Numbered from the stretch's first letter, positions 45,747-54,485 are shown. The stretch: DNA of 64,000 nucleotides from Dehalococcoidia bacterium (GCA_965115825.1 OZ220464.1:2709945-2773944); one strand, 5' to 3'. The notes: generated from the sequence alone by a model not told the origin. Program-made: numbers and translations.

Positions 45747-47111
45747 TTACCTCGTCGCCAGCATATCGACTGCCAGCCCCAGCATTATCTTCGTGCCGCT
45801 GACCAGGCTCTTGATGCCTATCGACTCGTTCGCTCCGTGGGTGAAGCTGAGCATGGGGTCGTCGTCGGGGTGGGCGCCGGAGAAGCCGTAAGTTACGGTT
45901 CCCAATGGCCGCGTGAACCGCGAATCGGTGAAGCCGTTGCTGATGGCGGGCACCCACTGGATGTTATCCCGTTGCAGCGCCCGCGCCGTTACGCTGCGGA
46001 TGCTGTCGGCCAGAGGAGACTCAAAAGGCGACGAGTTGGGTCGAGCCATGTAGTCTATTTCGTAGGATACGCCGGGAATGTCGGCCAGCACTTCATTCAG
46101 CTGCGTCCGCACGTACTCCTCATCCTGGTGGGGCAGCGTGCGCACGTCGCAGGTCAGCCGGATGGACTCGGGCACGCTGTTGGACTTGACGCCGCCTTGC
46201 ACCATCGTCGGCGTCAGCGTCATACGCGACAGGGCCCGCAGCATTGACGCAAAACGGGGATTCGCCGGCTGTATCTCAGCGATGATGTCGTCCACGTTCT
46301 CCGCCGATGGCTGGCGCTCGATGGCGAAGGTGGACAGGTGGTCGAAAATGCCGGTGGTCGTGTCCCGGTCGGGCTCGTACCGTTCAATGGAGGCCAGCGC
46401 CCGGTTGAGCCGATACAGCGCGTTGACGCCTTGCCAGGGCAGAGATGCGTGGGCGCTGGTACCTTTCACGTCAATCTCGACTTGCAGGCGCCCCTTTTCG
46501 CCCACGCCCAGGATGTACGTCAGGGCGCCGGCCGCGGGGATCGGAGCGCCGCCACCCTCGTTCACCGCGTAGGGCGCGGCCAGTTTCTCCGGGCGATGCT
46601 CCGCCAGCCAGCCGAATCCGTAGCGTCCGCCGTGCTCCTCGTCCGCGCCGGCCGCAAGGATCAGGCCGTCCCGCAACGGGATGTCGTTGCGCTTGAGCAG
46701 GCGCAGGGCCATCAGCTGGGCGGTCAGCAGCCCTTTACAGTCTGATGCGCCGCGTCCGAAGATGCGCCCGTCGGCGATGGCGGCGCTGAATGGGTCAAAG
46801 CGCCACTCGGCCGGGTCTTCCACGGGCACCACGTCGGTGTGAGACATGAACATCAGCCCCGCCTTGCCGGAGCGTCCTTCCATGCGGGCGATGAGGTTTC
46901 CTCGATTTGGGGCGGATTCCAGGATCTCCGACTGAATGTCGTCCTGCGCCAGAAAATCGCGCGCGTACTCACAAACCGGGGTCTCGTTGCCGGTGGGCAT
47001 AAATCCGGTGTTGACTGAAGGAATGCGAACCAGGGCCTGCTCCAGCGCGATGATATCTTCCTGAGCTGCGTCAACCTGGGCAAACAGCTCGGCAAAATCC
47101 GGCACAGCCAT
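45747..47111 (-). CDS. M20-family metallopeptidase/deacylase (ArgE/DapE/CPG2-like)
   Basis: LMFMSHTDVVPV, GRGASDCKG and GADEEHGG are the M20 metal-binding blocks. Confidence 0.9.
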   Translation of the reverse strand: MAVPDFAELFAQVDAAQEDIIALEQALVRIPSVNTGFMPTGNETPVCEYARDFLAQDDIQSEILESAPNRGNLIARMEGRSGKAGLMFMSHTDVVPVEDPAEWRFDPFSAAIADGRIFGRGASDCKGLLTAQLMALRLLKRNDIPLRDGLILAAGADEEHGGRYGFGWLAEHRPEKLAAPYAVNEGGGAPIPAAGALTYILGVGEKGRLQVEIDVKGTSAHASLPWQGVNALYRLNRALASIERYEPDRDTTTGIFDHLSTFAIERQPSAENVDDIIAEIQPANPRFASMLRALSRMTLTPTMVQGGVKSNSVPESIRLTCDVRTLPHQDEEYVRTQLNEVLADIPGVSYEIDYMARPNSSPFESPLADSIRSVTARALQRDNIQWVPAISNGFTDSRFTRPLGTVTYGFSGAHPDDDPMLSFTHGANESIGIKSLVSGTKIMLGLAVDMLATR

Positions 47112-47516
47112 ATCCGGCCTCCTGCCGCGTAGAATAAAGCGGCCCCGGCAGTGTACGAACCTCTCCCGCCGCCTGTCAACGCAAATACGCTGCCTCTTGA
47201 TGACCTTCCCGCTCCACGTATGCCAGCGTGCTACGATGGGCTGGCGCGCGTAACCCGTCGGGAGCCATTACAGCCGGCAATAATGAGGCAGCCGGAACCT
47301 GCTGCTACTAACCCCGGTTCGTTCGGGCGGCGACGGTTACAACCGTTAGCAAGTCAACACTGGGAGCCGGCCCGGCGACGCGGCGTCGGCTTTTCCGGTT
47401 TATGCCCGGCAACTGCGACGGTATGGGTCGGCGGAACGATGCGGCGCGATGCCAGACTGGGGCCGGAATGGGGTCTCGCCGGTGTCGCGTTGGGTTACAA
47501 TTGGCCGGAGATTGGG

Positions 47517-47912
47517 ATGTCCAACGCGGCCAAGGAGGTCAGCGAGCAGATTATGACGACACCTAACGACTGCCCCGAACCATTTGACCCCGACTGCGTT
47601 TTCTGCGCGATAGTCGCCGGGCGGGAACCTGCCCGCATCCGCTACCTGGACAACGATATTATTGCCATTGTCAACCGCCTGACGTGGGTTCCGATTATGC
47701 TGCTGGTCATGCCCCGCCGCCATATGTCGCAGCTGGAGATGTGGAGCAACGGTATGATGGCCCGGCTGGGCCACGTGGCGGCGACGCTAGGCTGTATGTA
47801 CTGCCCGGACGGGTTTCGCATCCTGTCCAACTTCGGCTATGATGGGCTGCAAAGCCAGCCCCACGGTCACCTGCACGTCATCGGGGGGCAATACCTGGGA
47901 CATTACGCCTGA
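47517..47912 (+). CDS. HIT-family protein
   Basis: CVFCAIVAGREPARIRYLDNDIIAIVN and the histidine triad QPHGHLHVIGG. The start is uncertain (ATG 47517 or 47553). The long upstream extension of the track ORF is rejected. Confidence 0.8.
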   Translation: MSNAAKEVSEQIMTTPNDCPEPFDPDCVFCAIVAGREPARIRYLDNDIIAIVNRLTWVPIMLLVMPRRHMSQLEMWSNGMMARLGHVAATLGCMYCPDGFRILSNFGYDGLQSQPHGHLHVIGGQYLGHYA

Positions 47913-47979
47913 TTTGCCGGCGTAATCCATGCCGGTGTAACCCATCCGTGAATCTCAACCCGCACAAGGAGCGCGCGCT

Positions 47980-48768
47980 ATGCCCGAGACCATTCTGTAC
48001 GAAAAGACCGGCGTGGACAGCCACGTGGCCGTCATTACGCTGAACCGGCCGGAGGCTTCCAACGCCATTAACCGGCAGCTGCGCCGGGAATTGCAAGAGG
48101 TCATCAACCATTTTGACAACGAGGACGAGGAGGCGTGGGTGGCCGTAATCACCGGCGCGGGGCGCAACTTCTGCGCCGGCCGGGACCTGAAGGAACGGGC
48201 GGCGGACAATGCCGAGGGCGTGCAGGCGCGGGCCGAAAACAGTATGTCGCCCAACAAGCCGCATATGTGGGAGCGACCGGTCAAGCCGCTGGTGGCTGCG
48301 GTCAACGGGGCGGCGGCGGCCGGCGGGTGGTCGATTGCCCAGATGTGCGATGTGCGCATTGCCGCCGACAACGCCCGCCTGGGGATTACCGAAACCAAGT
48401 GGAGCCTGATGCCGCCTTTTGCGGTGGAGTTGACCAAGATGATTGGCATCGCGAACGTGCTGGAGCTGGTGATGACCAGCGAGCTGCTTCCCGCCGAGCG
48501 GGTCAAGGAGATGGGCTTCCTGAACAAGGTGACGCCGGCGGATGAGCTGCTGCCGGAGGCCGTCAAGATGGCGGAGAGCATCGCCCGGAACGCGCCGCTG
48601 GCAGTCCGCGCCATCAAGGAGCTGGCTTACAGCAGCCTGGATATGTCCATTGCCGAAATCAGCGCCAAGACCTACGTGGCCTACGATTACATCCTCACGA
48701 CCCAGGACAGCAAGGAAGGGCCCCGGGCTTTCGCCGAGAAGCGCCGTCCCAACTGGCAGCTTAAGTAA
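47980..48768 (+). CDS. enoyl-CoA hydratase/isomerase family protein
   Basis: VAVITGAGRNFCAGRDL and LVAAVNGAAAAGGWSIAQMCDVRI. Confidence 0.92.
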   Translation: MPETILYEKTGVDSHVAVITLNRPEASNAINRQLRRELQEVINHFDNEDEEAWVAVITGAGRNFCAGRDLKERAADNAEGVQARAENSMSPNKPHMWERPVKPLVAAVNGAAAAGGWSIAQMCDVRIAADNARLGITETKWSLMPPFAVELTKMIGIANVLELVMTSELLPAERVKEMGFLNKVTPADELLPEAVKMAESIARNAPLAVRAIKELAYSSLDMSIAEISAKTYVAYDYILTTQDSKEGPRAFAEKRRPNWQLK

Positions 48769-48781
48769 AGGAGCAACCCAA

Positions 48782-49624
48782 ATGACCACCCAGGTACAAC
48801 CCAAAAGCCAGACCGTAACCGCCAACGGCATCAACCTGCACTACTTTGACTGGGGCGGGGAGGGCAAGCCGCCGCTGGTTCTGCTGCACGGATTGCGGGG
48901 CCACGCCCGCGTCTGGGATGACGTGGCCGAGGCCCTGTGCGCCGATTATCACGTGTACGCGCTGGACCAGCGGGGCCGGGGCGATACCGACCACGCCCCC
49001 GGCGGCGATTACTCTACCGACGCTTTCGTCGCCGACTTGGCGGGATTTGTGGAGGCCATCGGGTTGGACAGGTTCATCCTGTTCGGCCACTCCATGGGGG
49101 GACGCAACAGTATGGCCTTTGCCGGCAAGTATCCGGAGCGGCTGGAACGGCTCTGCATCGTGGACATCGGCCCGCGGATTGAGCCGGCCGGGGGCAATCG
49201 CATTACCGAAGAGCTGCGCGCCATACCGCCCCAATTTGACAATTTTGAGGATGCTCTGGCCCACGTGCAGGCCGGCAATCGGTTCGCGTCGGAGCGCGTG
49301 ATGCGCCGCCGCCTGGCCGGACAGACTCGGGAACTGCCCGACGGCAAGGTTGCCTGGAAGTTTGACCCGGCCATCCGGGAGCAGCGTATCAACGGGACTG
49401 CGGCGCCGGCCGTTGACCTCTGGCCGGCCCTGGGGCGCATCAGCTGCCCTACGCTGCTGGTACGCGGCACGGAGACCGACCTGCTTACGGAGGAAACCGC
49501 CCAACGGATGATTGACACCCTGGCGCAAGGCGCGCTGGCGGAAATCCCGCGCGCCGGGCATATGGTGTTTGAGGACAATCCCGCCGATTTCATCGCAGCG
49601 GTGAAGCGATGGCTGGCCGATTAG
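48782..49624 (+). CDS. alpha/beta-fold hydrolase
   Basis: PPLVLLHGLRGHARVW, LDQRGRGDTD, nucleophile elbow FGHSMGG, C-terminal IPRAGHMVFEDNP. AAGGAG precedes the ATG at 48782. Confidence 0.9.
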   Translation: MTTQVQPKSQTVTANGINLHYFDWGGEGKPPLVLLHGLRGHARVWDDVAEALCADYHVYALDQRGRGDTDHAPGGDYSTDAFVADLAGFVEAIGLDRFILFGHSMGGRNSMAFAGKYPERLERLCIVDIGPRIEPAGGNRITEELRAIPPQFDNFEDALAHVQAGNRFASERVMRRRLAGQTRELPDGKVAWKFDPAIREQRINGTAAPAVDLWPALGRISCPTLLVRGTETDLLTEETAQRMIDTLAQGALAEIPRAGHMVFEDNPADFIAAVKRWLAD

Positions 49625-49714
49625 GGGGGCCGGCTGTGCTACAATCCGAGCGCTCAACGCCGAGCGGTTAACGCACTCAACAGGGGCGGCAACGGGGCCG
49701 CTGAGGTACACGCC

Positions 49715-50938
49715 ATGAAAGTCTCTTTCTTCCATCTGATGCCCTATCAGGATCTGCCGGACGATTTTGCGAAGCAGCATCATTCCGCCTGGGTTGACCT
49801 CCCCAACGAGAATTTTGACCCGGTGAAGGGCAGCCAGTATTACGCCGACTACATTGACCAGCTGCGCTATGCGGACGAGGCGGGGTTTGACGGCATCTGC
49901 GTGAACGAGCATCACAACAATGCCTACGGGATAATGCCGTCGCCCAACCTGATTGCGTCGGTTCTGGCCAACAGCACCAGGAAGGGCGCGGTGATTGTCC
50001 TGGGCAACAGCCTGGCGCTGTACAATCCGCCGGTGCGGGTTGCGGAAGAAATGGCGATGATTGACGTCATTTCCGGGGGCCGGCTGGTCGCCGGCTTTCC
50101 GGTGGGGACGTCCATGGATACCACCTTTTCGTATGGGCAGGTTCCGATAACGCTGAGGGAGCGGCACACGGAGGCTCACGATGTGGTGATGCAGGCGTGG
50201 ACGCAGCGGAAGCCGACCATTTTTAATGGGAAGTACAACAAGCTCCGCTACATCAGCATCTGGCCGCGCCCGATGCAGGAACCGCACCCGCCGGTGTGGG
50301 TTCCCGGCTCGGGCAGCCTGGAGACCTGGGACTGGGTGCTGGATCGGGACTACGTGTACTGCTACCTGTCTTACTACGGGTACCTGCGCGGCTACAACAT
50401 AGTCAAGGGCTACTGGGAGCGGGTGGCCGAGCGCGGCATTGACGATAATCCCCACCGGCTTGGGTTCCTGCAACTGGTCTGCGTTTCGGAGACTGATGAA
50501 CAGGCGGAGCGGGACTACGCGGAGCATGTCAAGTACTTCTACGAGAAGATGCTGCGGGTCTATCCGCCCTTTGCGGAATCTCCGGGATACCGCTCTTTGG
50601 ATTCCATACGCAAGTCGCTGCGCCCGCAGATGGGAGAGGAATCTCAGCGGGCCGCGACCGAAAATACGTGGCAGGATTACATTTCCCAGGGGCATATCAT
50701 CGCCGGCAGCCCGGAGACGGTGCGCCGGAAGCTCACGGAAGCCTGCGAACTGCTCCGCATCGGGCATCTCATGGTGTTGTTGCAGATTGGGAGTATGCCG
50801 CCGGAACTGGTGCGCAAGAACACCGACCTGTTCGCCGGCGAAGTGATGCCGCACATCAAAGGGCTGTTCGGCGAGTATGATGATCCCTGGTGGCCGGAAC
50901 GCTTGAAGTCGGAGGCCGTGGAGGCGGGAGCGGACTGA
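49715..50938 (+). CDS. LLM-class flavin-dependent oxidoreductase
   Basis: YADEAGFDGICVNEHHNNAYGIMPSPN and MIDVISGGRLVAGFPVG. It is paralogous to 21070-22221. Confidence 0.9.
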   Translation: MKVSFFHLMPYQDLPDDFAKQHHSAWVDLPNENFDPVKGSQYYADYIDQLRYADEAGFDGICVNEHHNNAYGIMPSPNLIASVLANSTRKGAVIVLGNSLALYNPPVRVAEEMAMIDVISGGRLVAGFPVGTSMDTTFSYGQVPITLRERHTEAHDVVMQAWTQRKPTIFNGKYNKLRYISIWPRPMQEPHPPVWVPGSGSLETWDWVLDRDYVYCYLSYYGYLRGYNIVKGYWERVAERGIDDNPHRLGFLQLVCVSETDEQAERDYAEHVKYFYEKMLRVYPPFAESPGYRSLDSIRKSLRPQMGEESQRAATENTWQDYISQGHIIAGSPETVRRKLTEACELLRIGHLMVLLQIGSMPPELVRKNTDLFAGEVMPHIKGLFGEYDDPWWPERLKSEAVEAGAD

Positions 50939-50987
50939 ATTACGGCCAATGCGAATGCCGGCATCACTACCGCAGCGAGGTGAGATT

Positions 50988-51479
50988 GTGAATGAGAAAC
51001 TGCAACAGGGCGACCGGCTGCCGGGACTGACGCTGAACCTGATTGACGGCGGGAAGCTGGCTCTGCCTGAGGAGATGTCTTCACGCTATCTGGCCCTTTT
51101 ATTCTATCGCGGGGTCTGGTGACCGTACTGCGCGCGGCAGTTGGCCGCGTGGCAGTCTCAGCAGGAGGCTCTGGCGGAGATGGGGTTGGCGATTGTAGCG
51201 GCCAGCGTGGAGCCGAAGGAGGCGGTGCAGGAGATGGCCGAGAAGGCGGGGGCGTCGTTCCCGATGGCTTACGGCGTTACCCGCGCGGATGCGGACCGAC
51301 TGGGTTCGTGGTGGTCTGAGGCGCACGATGGCCACATTCAGCCGACGGAGTTTCTGCTGGGGCGCGGCGGAACCGTGCTGGGCGCGATGTACGCCAGCGG
51401 GCCGGTAGGGCGCGTCAGCCCGGATGAGGCCGTGCACTTTATTGAAGGGAGAGAGCGGGCGCGTCTGCGCAGCAGTTAG
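50988..51479 (+). CDS. AhpC/TSA-redoxin family protein with in-frame TGA at the first Cys of the CxxC motif (candidate selenoprotein, UPYC)
   Basis: Translation across TGA 51120-51122 gives ...SSRYLALLFYRGVW-U-PYCARQLAAWQSQQEALAEMGLAIVAASVE..., the standard redoxin (F)YRG.WCP.C..(Q)L block. The track lists only the downstream part (51141-51479). GAGGTGA lies 4 nt before GTG 50988, and alternative ATG starts exist at 50949 and 50955. Confidence 0.65.
51127..51156 (+). promoter_or_regulatory. SECIS-like stem-loop immediately 3' of the in-frame UGA
   Basis: An approximately 12-bp stem pairs 51127-51138 with 51144-51156, with one bulged G (51151) and one G:U pair. The apical loop is AGUUG. The stem starts 5 nt after the UGA and the loop lies 17-21 nt after it. 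Confidence 0.5.
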
Positions 51480-51521
51480 CTCCGGGGCGGGCAGTTCCGG
51501 GCGAGGCTACTCGTACCGGAG

Positions 51522-52733
51522 CTATCCGTTGAAGAAGCCTTCTTCCCGGAAAAGCTCGGCCAGGCGGCCTACTCCCTCGTGGATTTCTTCGGGGGAGTTG
51601 TGGCTGTAGGTAAGGCGCAGGTAGTTGTTGCGGCCCCGGTCGGAGCGGAACACGCCGCCGGGGTTGTACTTAACATCGCGGGCTACGGCTTTGGGGAGCG
51701 CGGCCCAAGTGTCGGCGTTTTCGGGCAGGCGGACGAAAATCAGCATACCGCCCTGGGGATGGGCCCATTCGCAGGATGAGGGGAAGTTGTGGGCCAGGGC
51801 TGCCAGCATTGCGTCGCGGCGGGCGGCCAAGGCGAGCCTGACTTCCTCGATGTGATCGGGCCCGCGCTGGCGCAGATATTCGTACACCAGCATGGTGGCC
51901 AGGTGGCTTACGCCGCGCCGGGGAGGTACGCCGCCGTTGACCTGACGCAATGCCTGACCTACGGCCGGGGGCATGACCCCGAACCCGACCCGCAATCCGC
52001 AGCCGAGCAGCTTGGTGAATGACGATACATAGATGACGTCGTCGCGGTGGGTGAGGCCGGAAAAGGCGGTAGGGAGAGCGGGGCCGTCAATGCGGAAGTC
52101 GGCGTAGGATTCGTTTTCCAGTATGGGGACGTCGTAGCGCTGAGCGACGTCGAGCAAGGCGCGCCGCCGGGGTTCGGGCACGGTAAATCCGAGGGGGTTC
52201 TGGTACACGGGGATCATCCAGACGAATTTGGGGCGGCGGCCGGCGTCGGTTAAGGAGCGCAGGGCGCTTTCCAGGGCGTCGGGGAGCATGCCGTGTTGGT
52301 CGCAGGCTACGTGGATGGGTTCGGCTCCGCGCTCGAGCATCATGCGGAGGCTGCCGAGGTAGGTGAATTCCTCTACCAGGATGGGGTCGCCGGGGTTGAC
52401 GAAGGCTTCCAGGATGATGCTGACGGCCCCGCCGGCGCCGTCGGATATGAAGACGTCATCGGGGGATGGCGCGAAACCTCTGTTGGCGGCGAGGCGGTTG
52501 GCGATGAGTTCCCGCAGGCCGATGTGTCCGCCGGGCGGGGGATAGGCGGCCAGGGAGTTGGGGCCGCCGGCGTCGAGTCCGGCGCGGACGGCGGTGAGGT
52601 ATTGGTCGAAGGCGATGACTTGGGGCACCGCGTTGGTGATGGAAAAGACGTATTTGGCGGGAGCGTCCGCGCCGTCCGGCATGGCTACGGGCCGGGGCAG
52701 GTTGCGGGAGAAGAGGGCTGAGTAATCTACCAT
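51522..52733 (-). CDS. PLP-dependent aminotransferase (class I/II, MocR/2-aminoadipate transaminase-like catalytic domain)
   Basis: YPPPGGHIGLRELIA, ENESYADF and the SSFTKLLGCGLRVGF lysine block. Confidence 0.85.
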   Translation of the reverse strand: MVDYSALFSRNLPRPVAMPDGADAPAKYVFSITNAVPQVIAFDQYLTAVRAGLDAGGPNSLAAYPPPGGHIGLRELIANRLAANRGFAPSPDDVFISDGAGGAVSIILEAFVNPGDPILVEEFTYLGSLRMMLERGAEPIHVACDQHGMLPDALESALRSLTDAGRRPKFVWMIPVYQNPLGFTVPEPRRRALLDVAQRYDVPILENESYADFRIDGPALPTAFSGLTHRDDVIYVSSFTKLLGCGLRVGFGVMPPAVGQALRQVNGGVPPRRGVSHLATMLVYEYLRQRGPDHIEEVRLALAARRDAMLAALAHNFPSSCEWAHPQGGMLIFVRLPENADTWAALPKAVARDVKYNPGGVFRSDRGRNNYLRLTYSHNSPEEIHEGVGRLAELFREEGFFNG

Positions 52734-52770
52734 TATCAGAGTCTCCGGGTTTGGCCGATTGTGGGTGAGA

Positions 52771-53970
52771 TTATACTTGGGTTTTGCGGCGGGCGGCTAC
52801 GCCTTCGCGGAGTCTGGGGATCAACTCGCGGCCGTAGTCGGCGGCGTCGGCGAGGGGGGCGAAACCCCGGATGATGAAGGCGGAGCAACCGAGGTCGTAG
52901 TAGGCGAGGAGGGAGTCCGCTACCTGCTGGGGGGAGCCCACGAGGCAGGTTGTGCTGCCGGAGGCGCCGCTGGCGGCGGCGATGGGCATCCACAGCCGCT
53001 CGTCGTGGATGCTGCCTTCGGCGGCGAAGCGCAGGAGACGCCAGGCGCCTTCCGATTGGGGACGGGTAGGCACGCCCGGGGAGATGCGGCCGGCGGTGGC
53101 CTGTTTGACGCGGGAGAGGATCTGCTCGGCGCGCTGCCAGGCTTTGGATTCGGTGTGGGCGATGATGGGGCGGACGGACAGGCTGAAGCGCATTTCATGG
53201 GGGTTGCGGCCGGCGGCGGCGACGCGGGCGCGCACGTCGGCGATGCGCTGGGCGATGGAGGCGCGGGGCTCGCCCCACAGGGCGAAGAGGTCGGCGCGAC
53301 GGCTGGCTACGTCGAGGGCGATGTTGGACGCGCCGCCGAAGAACAGGGGCAGGTGGGGGCTTTGACGGCAACGGGCCTGGCTGTAAGCGCCCTGCAATTG
53401 GTAGAATTCGCCGTGGTGGTCGAAGGGTTCGGTTTCGGTCCAGACGCGGCGCATGACGTGGAGGTATTCATCGGTGCGGCGATAGCGGGCGTCGTGGTCG
53501 AGCCAGTCGCCATCCTGACGCTGCTCGAGGTCGTTGCCGCCGGTGATGATGTGGAGGGCGATGCGGCCGTTGGTGAGCTGGTCGAGGGTAGCGGCCTTGC
53601 GGGCGGCGAGGGTGGGAGCGACGAAGCCGGGGCGATGGGCGATGAGGTAGGCGAGGCGTTTGGTGTGGGCGGCGGCGTAACCGGCGACTTCGAAGCCGTC
53701 GGGGGTTGAGGAGGAGTAGCCGGTGAGGACCAGATCGAAGCCGGCGGCTTCGTGGGTGCGGGCGAAGTCGAGGATGTAGTCGGGGTCGACGCCGGAGGGG
53801 ACTTCGGCGCCGGGGTTGATGCCGCCACCGAAGAGGCTGAGGGTTGCGCCGCGGTTGTCGGGGGCTTCTGGGACTACGCCAATCATTCCGATGACGGTAA
53901 GGCCGTCGGCGGAGTACACGCTGGGAACGGTTGGGGTCGGCGCGATGGCGCTGCTTTCAGCGTTGGACAT
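52771..53970 (-). CDS. LLM-class flavin-dependent monooxygenase (alkanesulfonate/dimethylsulfone monooxygenase-like)
   Basis: FARTHEAAGFDLVLTGYSSS, LIAHRPGFVAPTLAARKAATLDQLTNGRIALHIITGG. Confidence 0.85.
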   Translation of the reverse strand: MSNAESSAIAPTPTVPSVYSADGLTVIGMIGVVPEAPDNRGATLSLFGGGINPGAEVPSGVDPDYILDFARTHEAAGFDLVLTGYSSSTPDGFEVAGYAAAHTKRLAYLIAHRPGFVAPTLAARKAATLDQLTNGRIALHIITGGNDLEQRQDGDWLDHDARYRRTDEYLHVMRRVWTETEPFDHHGEFYQLQGAYSQARCRQSPHLPLFFGGASNIALDVASRRADLFALWGEPRASIAQRIADVRARVAAAGRNPHEMRFSLSVRPIIAHTESKAWQRAEQILSRVKQATAGRISPGVPTRPQSEGAWRLLRFAAEGSIHDERLWMPIAAASGASGSTTCLVGSPQQVADSLLAYYDLGCSAFIIRGFAPLADAADYGRELIPRLREGVAARRKTQV

Positions 53971-54087
53971 ATTGGGACAGCTCCTGATTTGGGATGCTTG
54001 GCCGGGCCAGTTTAGACGATTCGGGGTTGATGGGGATAGGGCGGGCGAATTGTCTGAAATTCGTTTGAAAATTGGGTGACGGGGGTA

Positions 54088-54116
54088 TTGACAAGCATCA
54101 TTGGACGCTATACTAT
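54088..54116 (+). promoter_or_regulatory. strong sigma-70-like promoter (consensus TTGACA; -10 TATACT at N15 or TACTAT at N17)
   Basis: TTGACA at 54088-54093, then TATACTAT at 54109-54116, in a short AT-rich patch. Confidence 0.55.
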
Positions 54117-54120
54117 GTAT

Positions 54121-54485
54121 TCAAGGCGCTGGGGTTGCAGGGAAACCCCGCCCGCCGGGATCCCGATGGCCAGAGAAGAGCCGTCGTCATTGCAGGAGGT
54201 TGAAGTGGTTTCGCTGATAACGCTGAACCATAGTTGGCATTTCCCCTGTAAGCGCCCCGTTGGCGGGGCCGATGCGGTATGACGATGCCGGGAGGACGCC
54301 AAGCGGGGCGAAAGCTAATCGGGTGGGCCATTGGTTGGCACTGACGATGCCAGACGCCCAGAGCAGCGCAGACGAGGCGCTCCCAGAGGGCGGGCACATC
54401 GGTCGTAAAGACCGACAGGCGGATGGCCGCAGCCGATGAGAAACGGAGCCAGCGCACCGACTGTTTATCGGGCGCTGGCTTTTCT
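54121..54485 (+). ncRNA. candidate ~365-nt structured RNA of unknown class, ending in an intrinsic terminator
   Basis: No credible ORF is present. Many local hairpins occur (GGGGTT-GCAGGGA-AACCCC; GCCCCG-TTGG-CGGGGC; CGGTC-GTAAA-GACCG; GGCA-CTGACGA-TGCC). A long-range pairing links CGTCGTCAT (54183) with ATGACGATG (54278). A 12-bp terminator hairpin at 54448-54479 is followed by TTTTCT. The strand is inferred from the promoter. Confidence 0.4.

Noticed and set aside
47180-47260. TPP-riboswitch-like string (GTATGCCAGCGTGC) in the M20/HIT intergenic region
   Set aside because: The obligatory CUGAGA element and the ACCUGAUCUGGAUAAU context are missing, and the neighbouring genes are not thiamine-related.
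47878-48834. 318-aa and 220-aa minus-strand ORFs
   Set aside because: They are antisense to the enoyl-CoA hydratase 47980-48768, which has clear crotonase motifs.
48761-50854. 697-aa minus-strand ORF, the longest in this part of the track
   Set aside because: It is antisense to two well-supported plus-strand genes (alpha/beta hydrolase 48782-49624 and LLM 49715-50938). Its translation is R/H/Q/P/G-rich low-complexity sequence with no motifs, a typical GC-rich shadow ORF.
52759-53709. 316-aa plus-strand ORF and other G/A-rich ORFs over 52771-53970
   Set aside because: They are antisense to a well-supported LLM monooxygenase, with low-complexity G/A/V/E composition.
54121-54485. Possibility that the structured RNA is RNase P RNA, tmRNA, SRP RNA, or a cobalamin/Moco riboswitch
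   Set aside because: By eye none of the universal cores is present: no GGAAAGUCC or ACAGAACCCGGC (RNase P), no tRNA-like 3' end with T-arm/ACCA or tag ORF (tmRNA), and no GGAAGGAAGCAGC helix-8 motif (SRP). There is also no AGGGAA...GCCACUG (B12) core, and no plus-strand gene lies downstream for a riboswitch to control. A covariance-model scan is still needed.
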